Below are positions 47,712 to 56,903 of a DNA stretch of 64,000 nucleotides, in pieces (position 1 is the stretch's first letter; each line of letters starts with the position of its first letter). The notes under the pieces were generated by a model that was not told the origin of the DNA, searched no databases, and was given only the letters and a program-made list of their open reading frames with translations. Location: positions 1-64,000 of the IMG/VR virus record IMGVR_UViG_3300010396_000042, one strand, 5' to 3'. Origin of the DNA: a virus. The position numbers were made by a program, and so were the translations under genes.

Positions 47712-48151
47712 GCGTCCCCACCACGACCGGCGTCGTCGTGCGCGTACCGGGGCGCACCGACGCCCGCATCACCCGGCTGATCACCGTCGGAGACGAGAGC
47801 TGGGCGGCTCTGGCGCCGCTGATCCCCCCGCGCACGCGGGGGGCCGGCCACCACAGCGGCCGGCTCCCCCTGGACGACCGCACGGTCCTGGCCGGGATCC
47901 TCACCGTCCTGGCCAACGGCATCGGCTTCGAGGCACTGCCGGTCGAGCTGGGCTACGGCTCCGGCATGACCTGCTGGCGGCGCCTGCGCCACTGGCACCA
48001 AGCCGGAGCATGGCCCGCGATCGCCGCGCGGCTGCGCGAAGTCCTGCCGCCCGGCGCGAGCGTGAACCTCTCCCGCGTCGACGGCCTTTTCGCCGGCCCG
48101 CCTCGCGCACGCCGCGCCGCGGCCGCGCACCCGCAGGGCGGCGCCGCGTGA
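47708..48151 (+). CDS. IS5-family transposase N-terminal (DUF4096-like) domain only
   Basis: DESWAALAPLIP..DDRTVLAGIL..LP.ELGYGSGMTCWRRLRHW..AG.W; no DDE domain follows. Confidence 0.75.
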   Translation: MSVPTTTGVVVRVPGRTDARITRLITVGDESWAALAPLIPPRTRGAGHHSGRLPLDDRTVLAGILTVLANGIGFEALPVELGYGSGMTCWRRLRHWHQAGAWPAIAARLREVLPPGASVNLSRVDGLFAGPPRARRAAAAHPQGGAA

Positions 48152-48738
48152 GCATCCCGACCGCCGCCCGGGTGCGCTGCCCGATCACGCACTGCCACTT
48201 CGAGCACATCCCCCGCACCCGGCACGCGGCCGCAGCGGGTCACGCCCTGCCCGACGGCACCCTGCTCGCCGTGCCGGCCATCACCGAGTCGGCGACCGAG
48301 CGGCGCCCCCAGGCACACCTGGTCGCCGGGCACAGCCTCTCCGAGTGGATCACTGAGGTGGTGCGGCTGCGCGAGATCCTCGCCGACCCCGACAGCCAGG
48401 TCGCCGCCGCCCGCGAGGCGCAGCTGCTCACTCTCGAACGCGCCCGCCGCGTCGAGGCCGAACGCGACGCCGCGCTGCGCCAAGTCGAGCAGCTGCGCGC
48501 CAAGCTCGCCGGCCGCGTGGCCAAGCCCGGACCGATCCCGGGCGCCACGCCGAAAGCCATCTGCCCCGTATGCCAGCGCCCGTTCCTGCTGCGCCTCGAC
48601 GGACGCATCCGCATGCACAACCAGCCCGGGAAAACCCAGCAGACCTGCGCCGGATCCGGGGCTCAGATCACCGAACCAACGCCCGCGGCCGCGCACACAG
48701 GCGCCGCCGCGACTTCGAACCTTGAGAGGACAGCATGA
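48148..48738 (+). CDS. Hypothetical protein with Zn-finger motifs and coiled coil
   Basis: CPITHC and CPVC..GRIRMH..C; coupled. Confidence 0.55.
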   Translation: MSIPTAARVRCPITHCHFEHIPRTRHAAAAGHALPDGTLLAVPAITESATERRPQAHLVAGHSLSEWITEVVRLREILADPDSQVAAAREAQLLTLERARRVEAERDAALRQVEQLRAKLAGRVAKPGPIPGATPKAICPVCQRPFLLRLDGRIRMHNQPGKTQQTCAGSGAQITEPTPAAAHTGAAATSNLERTA

Positions 48739-49401
48739 ACGAGATCCAGAACACCAGCCGGTTCGTGAAGGAACAGGGGGGGGGCTCAGCTGATCCTCGC
48801 CGAAGCGATGGCCGGCAAGAGCAGCACCGAGATCATCACCGGCATGGAGGCCGCCGGACAGCGGCAGCTCGTCACCTCCCAGCTCCTGCCCGCCAACACC
48901 TACGGAACGGACGCCGAGTTCGAGGCGGTCGGCTTCGTGTTCGGTGACCCGCTGCCCGACGACCCGATGTTCCGCCCGGCTGCCCTGCCGCAGGGCTGGT
49001 CCAAGCGCGACAGCGACCACGACATGTGGTCGTACGTCGTCGACGAGCACGGCCGTGACCGTGTCTCAGTGTTCTACAAGGCGGCGTTCTACGACCGTTC
49101 CGCGCACATGTGCCTGGAGAGCCTCGGAAGCTACATCAGCGCGTGCCGGTATCACGGCCGCGACATCGTCGCAGATCCGACGTGGGCAACCCCAGCGGCG
49201 ATCATGAAGGCTGCCATCGCATCGGCTGAGCACGCCGCCAAGGAAGTCGTGGACTGGCAGCGGCATCTGGATATGGGGTCGAACCCTGAGATGTCCAGGA
49301 AGTACGTGGAGCAGTACACCGCCGAGCGCGAGCAGTACCTCGCGATCGCTGCCCGGTTCAGGGGCGAGACGGCACCGCACAGCGAGGCGATCGCGTCGTG
49401 A
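48735..49401 (+). pseudogene. Phage protein gene interrupted by a +1 shift at a G9 tract (or expressed from 48808)
   Basis: RBS-bearing ATG at 48735 joins the 48808-49401 frame if G9 at 48776-48784 is G8. Confidence 0.5.
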
Positions 49402-49406
49402 GCGGG

Positions 49407-49649
49407 TCAGCCTTCTGCTTCGTCGCTCGGCATGCGCGCCTCCGGGTGGGCGCGCCGGAACGCGCTGATACGCGCCTGCACGTGGGCGCGGATGTCCTTC
49501 GCCCGGTCGGTGCCCTCGGCAGAGCAGACGACCTCGTAGTCGACCCATTCGCCTTCGGGGATTCTGATCGGCCTGTTCTTGGTCACGTTCCAATTCCGCC
49601 AGTTCCGGTTCCGGGAGTGTTTCGGCTGGTCGCTGGCGGGATCGGTCAC
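49407..49649 (-). CDS. Small ribbon-helix-helix-like DNA-binding protein
   Basis: RPIRIPEGEW..Y...C..EGTDRAKDIRAHV pattern; divergent from the tRNA promoter. Confidence 0.55.
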   Translation of the reverse strand: MTDPASDQPKHSRNRNWRNWNVTKNRPIRIPEGEWVDYEVVCSAEGTDRAKDIRAHVQARISAFRRAHPEARMPSDEAEG

Positions 49650-49702
49650 GCCCGTACGGTAACGGCGCCTCGAGCGGCGCGTCTAGGGCGGCACACCGGA
49701 CC

Positions 49703-49790
49703 GCATATGCAGTCGATGCCGTTTCGTGACCAACCCGCCTTGTACTGCATATGCAGCGAGTACTAACCTGAGCTTACTGCATATGCAGTA
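49703..49790 (+). promoter_or_regulatory. Sigma70-type promoter overlapped by palindromic operators
   Basis: TTGTAC (49740)-N18-TAACCT (49764); GCATATGCAG at 49703, CTGCATATGCAG at 49745, TACTGCATATGCAGTA at 49775. Confidence 0.65.
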
Positions 49791-49802
49791 GCTCTGGGTT
49801 CT

Positions 49803-49876
49803 GGCTCCGTAGCTCAGCGGTTAGAGCAGCGCGCCTTATAAGCCGCAGGTCGCGGGTTCGAACCCCGCCGGAGCTA
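49803..49876 (+). tRNA. tRNA-Ile(UAU) with one bulged base in the anticodon stem
   Basis: Acceptor GGCTCCG/CGGAGCT, D arm GCTC..GAGC, loop CTTATAA, T arm GCGGG-TTCGAAC-CCCGC. Confidence 0.75.
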
Positions 49877-49909
49877 CCCATCCCGATCCCCCAGCGAACC
49901 AAGGAAGTC

Positions 49910-50611
49910 ATGACGAACAACCAGCACGACGAAGGCGAGTGGCCGACAGTGCCGCGCGTGCCCGCGTGGATCAAGCCGATCCTGCAGGGCGAAGCCGAGA
50001 AGCGCGGCGAGGCAAAGCAGCAGTACGAGGACACCGGACGGCACGCCGCGGAGGCCATCAACCGGTACCTCGCGTCGCTCGGCATCGAGCCGCTGCGCCC
50101 CGCCGAGTGGACGCGGGACGGCCTCAGATATGCGGTGCTTTTGGAGCCCGACCACTGTGGCGTCGACGACTGGGGCGTGCAGGCGGGTTGGAACGGCGAG
50201 GTCTGCCTCTACGCCGTCGCGTCGGACGGGGTGGAGCGGTATTTCGGCCCGCTGAACAGCGTGGAGGACGCCGCCGACGCCCGCCGTGGGCCGCGTGCGG
50301 CCAGGCCCGAGCCGGTCGACCACGAGTGGACCGCAGAGGACGAACTGGCGCGCGCAGTGCACTTCAAGGTGGACGACGCCGACCCGTTCGAGGTCGCGTT
50401 CCTCGCCGGCATCCGTGGCCTGGGCCACGCGGTGCTCGCGCTCAACGAGACCGTCAGCCGCATCGGCGCGCGCCAGGCACTGCGGCAGGCTGCGGCGCTC
50501 GGCGAGATCCCCCTCGACCGGGTCCGGCTCACGCCGCAGGAGAAGACGCTGCTGCGCGATCTGTTCCCGCCGACCGACGTGGACGACGCGCCCGCGGCCG
50601 ACGGCAGCTGA
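49910..50611 (+). CDS. Hypothetical protein
   Basis: AAGGAA RBS; genome-typical codon usage. Confidence 0.65.
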   Translation: MTNNQHDEGEWPTVPRVPAWIKPILQGEAEKRGEAKQQYEDTGRHAAEAINRYLASLGIEPLRPAEWTRDGLRYAVLLEPDHCGVDDWGVQAGWNGEVCLYAVASDGVERYFGPLNSVEDAADARRGPRAARPEPVDHEWTAEDELARAVHFKVDDADPFEVAFLAGIRGLGHAVLALNETVSRIGARQALRQAAALGEIPLDRVRLTPQEKTLLRDLFPPTDVDDAPAADGS

Positions 50612-50697
50612 TATTCGACGGGCGAACCCGGCCGGACCGGCCACCGCCCAATCCGCATCCCAGCCACACAAGAAACGATCTTGAGGGGGAACCCCAG

Positions 50698-50958
50698 ATG
50701 ACGACTCTCACCGATGCCCACCCCGAGCTTCCCATCGTCACGGGACCGCTGCCGCTGGACGAGGGCACCTCGCACGCGCTCCTGTTCCGCGCGGCCTGCG
50801 CCGCCGAGGACGACGTCCTGACCGAACTGGCGGCCGCCCAGCGGGCCGGCGACGAGAAGGCCGTGGCGCGGCTGACCGCCGAGCGAGGCCTGTTCGACCG
50901 CCTGGCCGTCGACCTGCGCACCAACCACCGCGCCCAGTGCTCCCGGGACGCCGGCTGA
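50698..50958 (+). CDS. Hypothetical protein
   Basis: GAGGGG RBS. Confidence 0.55.
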   Translation: MTTLTDAHPELPIVTGPLPLDEGTSHALLFRAACAAEDDVLTELAAAQRAGDEKAVARLTAERGLFDRLAVDLRTNHRAQCSRDAG

Positions 50959-51356
50959 TGAACCTGCTGCTGCTGGCCGCGCTCGGCGTGCTCCCCGCAT
51001 CCGAGTCACTGGCCCGCGCCGAATATGCCGTACACCTGCAGGCCTGGTCGCTGCCCGCCCTCGCCGCGATCATCGCGGCCGGGGCGGCTGCGACCGCATG
51101 GTCGGCTCTCGCGCTCACCCGCACTCCCCCAGCGGTCGGGCAGCTCTGGGAGCAAACCAGCCGCGCCATAAGGGGCATGACGATCCGGATCACCGCGGTG
51201 ACGCCCGGCAAGCCCGGCCACGTGGTGGCCGTCATCGCGACGCCGCCGCGCGCCGCGCTGCATGACACCACCGGCCGCGAGATGGACCTGGCCGCCGGCC
51301 GGACCGGACTGCGCGGCTTCCGTCTCCTCGGCACCGAGCGGAGCGCAGCGCGATGA
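50958..51356 (+). CDS. Membrane protein
   Basis: TGATG coupling; hydrophobic N-terminus. Confidence 0.55.
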   Translation: MNLLLLAALGVLPASESLARAEYAVHLQAWSLPALAAIIAAGAAATAWSALALTRTPPAVGQLWEQTSRAIRGMTIRITAVTPGKPGHVVAVIATPPRAALHDTTGREMDLAAGRTGLRGFRLLGTERSAAR

Positions 51357-52309
51357 CCGGCGAGCAGAAGCGCTCAGGAGCGCACAGCGTCGCGCTGCAG
51401 GACTCGCTCTACGGTCCCCGTTCGGACCTGGTGCTGCGGTTCCTCGAGGACATCCGCCGCCCACGCCTGTGGACTGAGCGGCGCATCGAGCTGTGCCGCC
51501 CGTCGGGCCGCGACTGGCTGCGGCACGCGGCCGCGCGCCGTGCGACCCGCCGCGCCACGCGTTTCCTCGAGGACCGCGACGCGCAGCGCGCCGCCGCCCT
51601 GAACCGTGCGTGGGACGAAGCCGCCACGCACGAGGACACCACCGAGCGGTGCGGCTGGGCCGCCGGATGGGCCGCGGCCGCGCTCAGCGTCATCGACCTG
51701 ATCGACACCAAGCACCTTTACATCCTCACCAAGCCGTTCCCCGACCTGATGGTCCGCTACGGCCACACCCGGTACCGCGGGCCGCTGCCGACCAGCGCAC
51801 TGCCCGCCCCGACCGCGACACCACAGCACGGAGACCACATGACCACCACCAAGACCGACACCACGACCACGGCGGCAGCGACGACGACGGCGCACTCCTC
51901 CGACCTTCGCGCCTACCGCAAACTCACCCAGGCCGAGCTGGCCACCGAAGCCACGGAACGCTTCGGCCCCGACACGGCCACCTGGGCGTTCCAGTGCCCG
52001 CGCTGCGGCGACATCGCCGTCGCCGGCCACTTCCCGCAAGGCGAGGAAGGCCGCATCGGCCAGGAATGCGTCGGCCGCTGGCGCGGCGCCCTGACCGGCC
52101 CGGCGAACAGCGACGGCGGCCGGGCCGTGGCCGAACGCGGCTGCGACTGGACCGCCTACGGCCTCATCCGCGGCCCCTGGGAGATCGTCATGCCCGACGG
52201 CCACTCCGCGTGGGGCTTCCCGCTCGCCCCGGCAACCGCCAGGGCCACGGCCCCGGCTGAAACCGACGGCGCTGTCGGCGACACCAAGCCTGATGGAGCC
52301 GCCGCGTGA
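51353..52309 (+). CDS. Hypothetical two-domain protein; C-terminal VVA0879-like Cys domain
   Basis: WAFQCPRCGD, GQECVGR, GCDWTAYGL; internal GGAG RBS and ATG at 51840. Confidence 0.6.
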   Translation: MTGEQKRSGAHSVALQDSLYGPRSDLVLRFLEDIRRPRLWTERRIELCRPSGRDWLRHAAARRATRRATRFLEDRDAQRAAALNRAWDEAATHEDTTERCGWAAGWAAAALSVIDLIDTKHLYILTKPFPDLMVRYGHTRYRGPLPTSALPAPTATPQHGDHMTTTKTDTTTTAAATTTAHSSDLRAYRKLTQAELATEATERFGPDTATWAFQCPRCGDIAVAGHFPQGEEGRIGQECVGRWRGALTGPANSDGGRAVAERGCDWTAYGLIRGPWEIVMPDGHSAWGFPLAPATARATAPAETDGAVGDTKPDGAAA

Positions 52310-53208
52310 GCGAGAGCACCGGAGTCAAGCCGAAGCTGCCGCACTACGCGCGCTGGGGCGCGGTGCCCTCGAATCTCGCCACCGCGACCCGGCTGCGCGA
52401 ACTCGACCTGCCGCGCCAGCCCGGGCTGCGGGCCGCCACCGTCGAGGGCGGCGACTACCGCGGCAAGAGCGACGTGTTCGACCTCTACGACATCACCACG
52501 AGCCCACCCACCACCGCGTCGGCCAAGCAGCTCGAGGCCGCGGCCACACGGCGGAAATTCAGCGAGTGCAGCGAGTGCGGCGCGCACCCCGACACCGGGC
52601 TGAGCCAGGTCACCGGCCGGTGCGAGGCCTGCCTGCACATCGAGCAGATCCGCAAGGCCCAGCTCGAGGCGCAGCGCCACCGCGCAACGTCCGCACAGTG
52701 GGCGGCCAAGCACCTCGACGACCCCAAAACCGTGGTGGCGTGGATCGACGAGCACACCCCGCCGGCGACCGCGTCCAAACCGAAGCGCAAACCGGTCGCC
52801 CACACCCTCACCCTCGTCACCCCGCACGGCAAGCAGCTGCTGCGCATCTGCTACCGCCTCCCCGGCATCGGCCCGCGCGTGCGCGCACTGCCCGAGCAGG
52901 CTCTCGCCTACGAGGACGCGGCCGCGGTCCTCGCCGCGCTCGGCGAGCGGTACTTCATCACCTGGTCCTACAACAACCTGTGGCGCCTGGTGTACATGTC
53001 CACCGGCGAGAACACCAGCTACCTCGCACGGCACGGCAGCGAGATGGATGACCACATCCTGTGGTGGCGCGGAGACATCGACCCGCGCCGCCCGCAATAC
53101 CCGCGTGCCGCCGTCCCGCCCGGCAACGCTGACCGCCTCGCACTGCTGCTGCGCCGCATGGCCGCCGGGACGCAGCAGACCGTGCAGCCGAGGATGACCG
53201 ATGGCTGA
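52306..53208 (+). CDS. Hypothetical Zn-binding protein
   Basis: LATATRLREL, CSECG..CEAC. Confidence 0.6.
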   Translation: MSESTGVKPKLPHYARWGAVPSNLATATRLRELDLPRQPGLRAATVEGGDYRGKSDVFDLYDITTSPPTTASAKQLEAAATRRKFSECSECGAHPDTGLSQVTGRCEACLHIEQIRKAQLEAQRHRATSAQWAAKHLDDPKTVVAWIDEHTPPATASKPKRKPVAHTLTLVTPHGKQLLRICYRLPGIGPRVRALPEQALAYEDAAAVLAALGERYFITWSYNNLWRLVYMSTGENTSYLARHGSEMDDHILWWRGDIDPRRPQYPRAAVPPGNADRLALLLRRMAAGTQQTVQPRMTDG

Positions 53209-53692
53209 TGACACGCGCCACTGGGTCGAAACCGTTGTCGAGGACTGTCTCAGCAAGATCCGCGCACACGGCTTCACCGTGGTCGGCGTCGGAACCGGGC
53301 CACATGGTGCCACGCCACAGTTCGCTTACACGGTCGGCGTGTCGGTCACACGCGGATTCGAGCTGGCGATCAGCGGCCTGCCGATCGAGACCATGCACGA
53401 CGCGCTCAACACCCTCGCGCGCCGCGCCCTGGACGACGCCGACAGCTTCGTCCCAAGCGATGGACTGCTGGTAGACGGCGTATTCGCGCCGCCATTCCAG
53501 CCGCGCCTGAAGCAGGCGCACGAGACATGGCCGTTCGGCATGATCCGCCGCGCGCTCGGCCCCTCCCTGCGGCTCGCTGTCTGGCAGGCGCAGTTCCCGG
53601 ATATCGGGTGCCGGTATCCCGGCGACGCCGAATACGCCTACGGCCCAGAACGCCAGACGGACTTCACACAACCGAAGGCGGGCGGCCGGTGA
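53201..53692 (+). CDS. DUF4262-like protein
   Basis: IRAHGF.VVGV..FAYTVG..EL.ISGL..WQ..FPD..RYP. Confidence 0.75.
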   Translation: MADDTRHWVETVVEDCLSKIRAHGFTVVGVGTGPHGATPQFAYTVGVSVTRGFELAISGLPIETMHDALNTLARRALDDADSFVPSDGLLVDGVFAPPFQPRLKQAHETWPFGMIRRALGPSLRLAVWQAQFPDIGCRYPGDAEYAYGPERQTDFTQPKAGGR

Positions 53693-54174
53693 CCAGATAC
53701 GCCGCAGGCACCAGCGTCCCGGTCGACCGGACCCAGGCGGAGATCGGGCGCACCCTCGAGCGCTACGGCGTCGAGGAGTACGCCTTCGGCCGCGCGCGCC
53801 GCCACGCGGAGGTCAGATTCGTCGGCCATGGCCGCCAGATTCGCTTCGTCATCCCGCTGCCGGACCCGACCGGTCGGGAGTTCACCAAGACGCCCACCCA
53901 GCGTGACCGCACGCCCGCCGCCGCCCGCGAGGCATACGAGCAGGCCGTTAAGCAGCGCTGGCGCGCACTGAACCTGCTGATCAAGGCCAAGCTCGAGGCC
54001 GTCGCCGCGAACGTGCAGACCTTCGAGGACGAGTTCCTCGCCTACACGCTGCTGCCCAACGGCATGACGGTCGCCGAGTCAGTGCGCGAACCTCTCGCCC
54101 AGGCCCTCGCCTCCGGCGCGGTGCCCGAGCTGCTTCCCGCGGGCCGCCGCGCGCTCACCCCAGGAGAGTCCTGA
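53689..54174 (+). CDS. Conserved phage hypothetical protein
   Basis: YAAGTSV...WRALNLLIKAKLEAV..FEDEFLA..LP.G.TV. Confidence 0.7.
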   Translation: MTRYAAGTSVPVDRTQAEIGRTLERYGVEEYAFGRARRHAEVRFVGHGRQIRFVIPLPDPTGREFTKTPTQRDRTPAAAREAYEQAVKQRWRALNLLIKAKLEAVAANVQTFEDEFLAYTLLPNGMTVAESVREPLAQALASGAVPELLPAGRRALTPGES

Positions 54175-54461
54175 TGCTCGAAGGCGCACTGATTCTGCTC
54201 GCAGGTCTCGTGGTCGGCCGATTTCTGCCCGCGCGCCGCAAGCAGCGCAAAGCCAAGCAGATCAAGCCCGTGTGCGGTTGCGAACACGGCCTGCATGACC
54301 ACGACAAGGCCACCGGCGCGTGCAATGCCCGCAGCCGCACCTACCGCTATGACCAGGCGACCGAGTTCGAGGTGCTCGACGGCTACGTGCCATGCACCTG
54401 CCGCCAGTACACCGGTCCCGAACCGCTCCCCGAGTACTACGCCCCCGAGATCACCGGCTGA
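54174..54461 (+). CDS. Small membrane-anchored Cys/His protein
   Basis: N-terminal TM; CGCEH..H..C..CTCRQY. Confidence 0.6.
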   Translation: MLEGALILLAGLVVGRFLPARRKQRKAKQIKPVCGCEHGLHDHDKATGACNARSRTYRYDQATEFEVLDGYVPCTCRQYTGPEPLPEYYAPEITG

Positions 54462-54501
54462 AGTCGAGCCGCCGCCCAGCCTGACACGAGAAAGGAAACC
54501 C

Positions 54502-54969
54502 ATGCCCTTCCTGCGTAAACGCACTCGAAGAGCGATCCGCGACGAATACGAGGACGTCGCTCACGCAGCGGCCCTTAGCCCCATCGCGATTCTCGCGGTG
54601 GTGTTCGTCATCGTGCTGATCGCAGGCGCCGTGGCCCTGGTGATCTGGCTTCGGACCGCCAGCTCCGCCGCTCGGGGTAACGCAGGCGTCACCCGCCAGC
54701 ACAACTCCACCCAGAACCAAATCGCCCAGAACACCAAGTTGCTCGGCGACAGCGCAACCATCGTGTCCGACCAGCAGAAGATCAGGATCCTGAAAGCGAG
54801 TCAGGTCACCGAGCAGGACCGGATCGACCTGGCCGGCCTCGAACAGAACTGCCAGTCCGACGTCGCCACCTACAACGCCGACGCGCAGAACGTCCTCGCC
54901 ACCGGGCTCCTGCCCACCGGCCTTCCCTCCTCTTACCCGACCACCGTCTGTGAGGTCACCGCGCCATGA
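54502..54969 (+). CDS. Membrane-anchored secreted protein
   Basis: AAGGA RBS; single TM; paired with the lipoprotein. Confidence 0.65.
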   Translation: MPFLRKRTRRAIRDEYEDVAHAAALSPIAILAVVFVIVLIAGAVALVIWLRTASSAARGNAGVTRQHNSTQNQIAQNTKLLGDSATIVSDQQKIRILKASQVTEQDRIDLAGLEQNCQSDVATYNADAQNVLATGLLPTGLPSSYPTTVCEVTAP

Positions 54970-55556
54970 ACCCTTCCACCCGCCTTACTTCGCACCGGCG
55001 CCGCGTGCGCGGCGCCGCACTTGCCCTCGTCGCCCTTCTGACCGGCATCGCCGTCCTCGCCGGCTGCACCTCCTCCGCCTCGTCCGTATCCGGCGGGAAC
55101 CAGGTCGCGCAGACCGAGTACTCCGAGTTCAACGCCGCCGTCCCGTACCCCTTCGGGCACACCGCGCCATCGGACCCGCTAGAGCGCAAGAACCTCGCCG
55201 CCCGGCTCGTCCAGTACAACTCCGCAGGTGACACGAACTACGTCTACATGTTCGCGTGGGGCTCACCGACGCCGATCGGCTACTACGTGATCCGCGGCAA
55301 GGTCTCCTCCACCGGCTCCCAGATGACCTCCGACCAGATCACCACCAACTGCGACGGATCCAACCACGACAGCTGCGCCGTCGTGAACGCGATCGGTGAC
55401 GACGGTTCCTACGGACCCGAAGAAGGCGGCAGCAACGGCGTGTTCTTCTTCACCACCACAGGAACCCTGATCGAGACCGACCAGCCGTTCGTCGTCTCCT
55501 CCGCTCCCATCAAGCTCTACGCGTCCGTACCCCAGCTCGACGCCCCGGCAAAGTAG
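54966..55556 (+). CDS. Lipoprotein
   Basis: Lipobox LAGC; GKVSS..SQMT, DDGSYG, GVFFFT. Confidence 0.75.
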   Translation: MNPSTRLTSHRRRVRGAALALVALLTGIAVLAGCTSSASSVSGGNQVAQTEYSEFNAAVPYPFGHTAPSDPLERKNLAARLVQYNSAGDTNYVYMFAWGSPTPIGYYVIRGKVSSTGSQMTSDQITTNCDGSNHDSCAVVNAIGDDGSYGPEEGGSNGVFFFTTTGTLIETDQPFVVSSAPIKLYASVPQLDAPAK

Positions 55557-55569
55557 GCAGACGTCACCG

Positions 55570-55866
55570 ATGGATCCGCTCACGAGTGCAGGCTTGGCGC
55601 TGTTCGTATGCGGGTGGGCCGGGCTGCTCGCGAGGCGCCTGCGGAGACACCACGCCAACGGACTCTTCGCGATCGCCGAGGGCCTGTTCTGCATCGACGA
55701 CATCCGTTTGAACGATCCGGCCGGGACGGTTTTCTGCGCCGCGTTCTGCGCGCTCTACGCGTACTGGTGGTGGCACGGCGGGGGGGGCAACGGTACCAAG
55801 CGCCGTCTGCGTGCCCTGCGACGCAAGTTCCAGGCCAGGCGTCGTACCGCACCGCAACTCACCTGA
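55570..55866 (+). CDS. Small membrane protein
   Basis: Hydrophobic helices; WWWHGGGG. Confidence 0.6.
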   Translation: MDPLTSAGLALFVCGWAGLLARRLRRHHANGLFAIAEGLFCIDDIRLNDPAGTVFCAAFCALYAYWWWHGGGGNGTKRRLRALRRKFQARRRTAPQLT

Positions 55867-55935
55867 ACCTTGTTCCAACGTTCTGATTCCCTCGTTCTGA
55901 AAGCAGTCGAACACCTATGAACACCGGCTCGCTGC

Positions 55936-56445
55936 GTGACCCGTTCTCCGCCCGGCCCGTACGGCAGGGTACGACGAAGCAAAGCCCCCCCCACTGCTGT
56001 CGCTGCGCCTTCCGTTGAGCAGCTCCTCGTCGAGGCCGAGCAGTGCCCGGTTGAGCCGGTCCGGATGCTGGCCACGCAGATCCGGGCCGCGATCGAGCAG
56101 CTGCGCGGCAAGCTCGATGAGGTCGCCGCGTTCACCGCCACTCAGCGGGAACTGCTCGACGCCGAGGCCCGCGTCGCCGAGCTGCGCGCGAAGCTCAAGG
56201 TCCTCGCCCACGCCGACGGGCCTCGACCAGCCGGCGGCGGCGAGCCGAAGCAGCGCAGCGCGGCCAGGCCGCCCGCGCCGGCCGTGCCCGCGGCGCCGGT
56301 CACCGCCGCGACGGCTGCGGTCAACGGCAAGGACATCCGTTACTCGAACGCGGTACGCGACTGGGCCCGCGCCCGCGGCATGAAGGTCGCCCCCAGCGGC
56401 CGCATCTCCGACACGATCATCGCCGCCTACCGCGCCGTCCACTGA
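55936..56445 (+). CDS. Coiled-coil protein with Lsr2 DNA-binding domain
   Basis: AVRDWARARGMKVAPSGRISDTIIAAY; true start may be 55917 across a C8 tract. Confidence 0.8.
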   Translation: MTRSPPGPYGRVRRSKAPPTAVAAPSVEQLLVEAEQCPVEPVRMLATQIRAAIEQLRGKLDEVAAFTATQRELLDAEARVAELRAKLKVLAHADGPRPAGGGEPKQRSAARPPAPAVPAAPVTAATAAVNGKDIRYSNAVRDWARARGMKVAPSGRISDTIIAAYRAVH

Positions 56446-56541
56446 CCGCCCCTCAACCACCACCAGGAGCCCCAATGCCCGACACCCGAATACACCCCGC
56501 TGGCCGCCGCGTCCCTCGTCCGCACCAGCACCGGAGCAACC

Positions 56542-56787
56542 GTGATCATCCCCGTTCGTGCCCGCACGGATTCCCCCATCACCACCGTCGGAGGCGTGCG
56601 CGCCCCGATTGAACCGGGCCACCCGCTCGCCGACCGCGACTGCCCGGTCTGCGACAAGCCACTGACCGACGCCCCGATCACGCTCGTGCTCGTCGGCATC
56701 GAGCCACACCGGCGCAAGCCGGACGGCGGCTGGACCACCGCGGCCGCAGTCCCGGTCCATGCCGCCTGCGCCGGCGTCGAGCAATAA
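56542..56787 (+). CDS. Small Zn-finger protein
   Basis: CPVC...HAAC; GGAG RBS. Confidence 0.55.
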   Translation: MIIPVRARTDSPITTVGGVRAPIEPGHPLADRDCPVCDKPLTDAPITLVLVGIEPHRRKPDGGWTTAAAVPVHAACAGVEQ

Positions 56788-56903
56788 CCAGGCAAGCCGC
56801 GCCCCCTTGGCCGCCCTGCCTGACCGCATGGCCCGCTCGGCAGCCGCCGCACCGATCTCCTGACCGCTGCAACAACACCGAACCCGGAAGTAGACGAAGA
56901 CCC

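Noticed and set aside
47708-48151. Active IS5 element
   Set aside because: No catalytic DDE domain, terminal inverted repeats or target duplication seen
55780-55787. G8 tract as a phase-variable switch
   Set aside because: The gene is in frame and the tract simply encodes a Gly run
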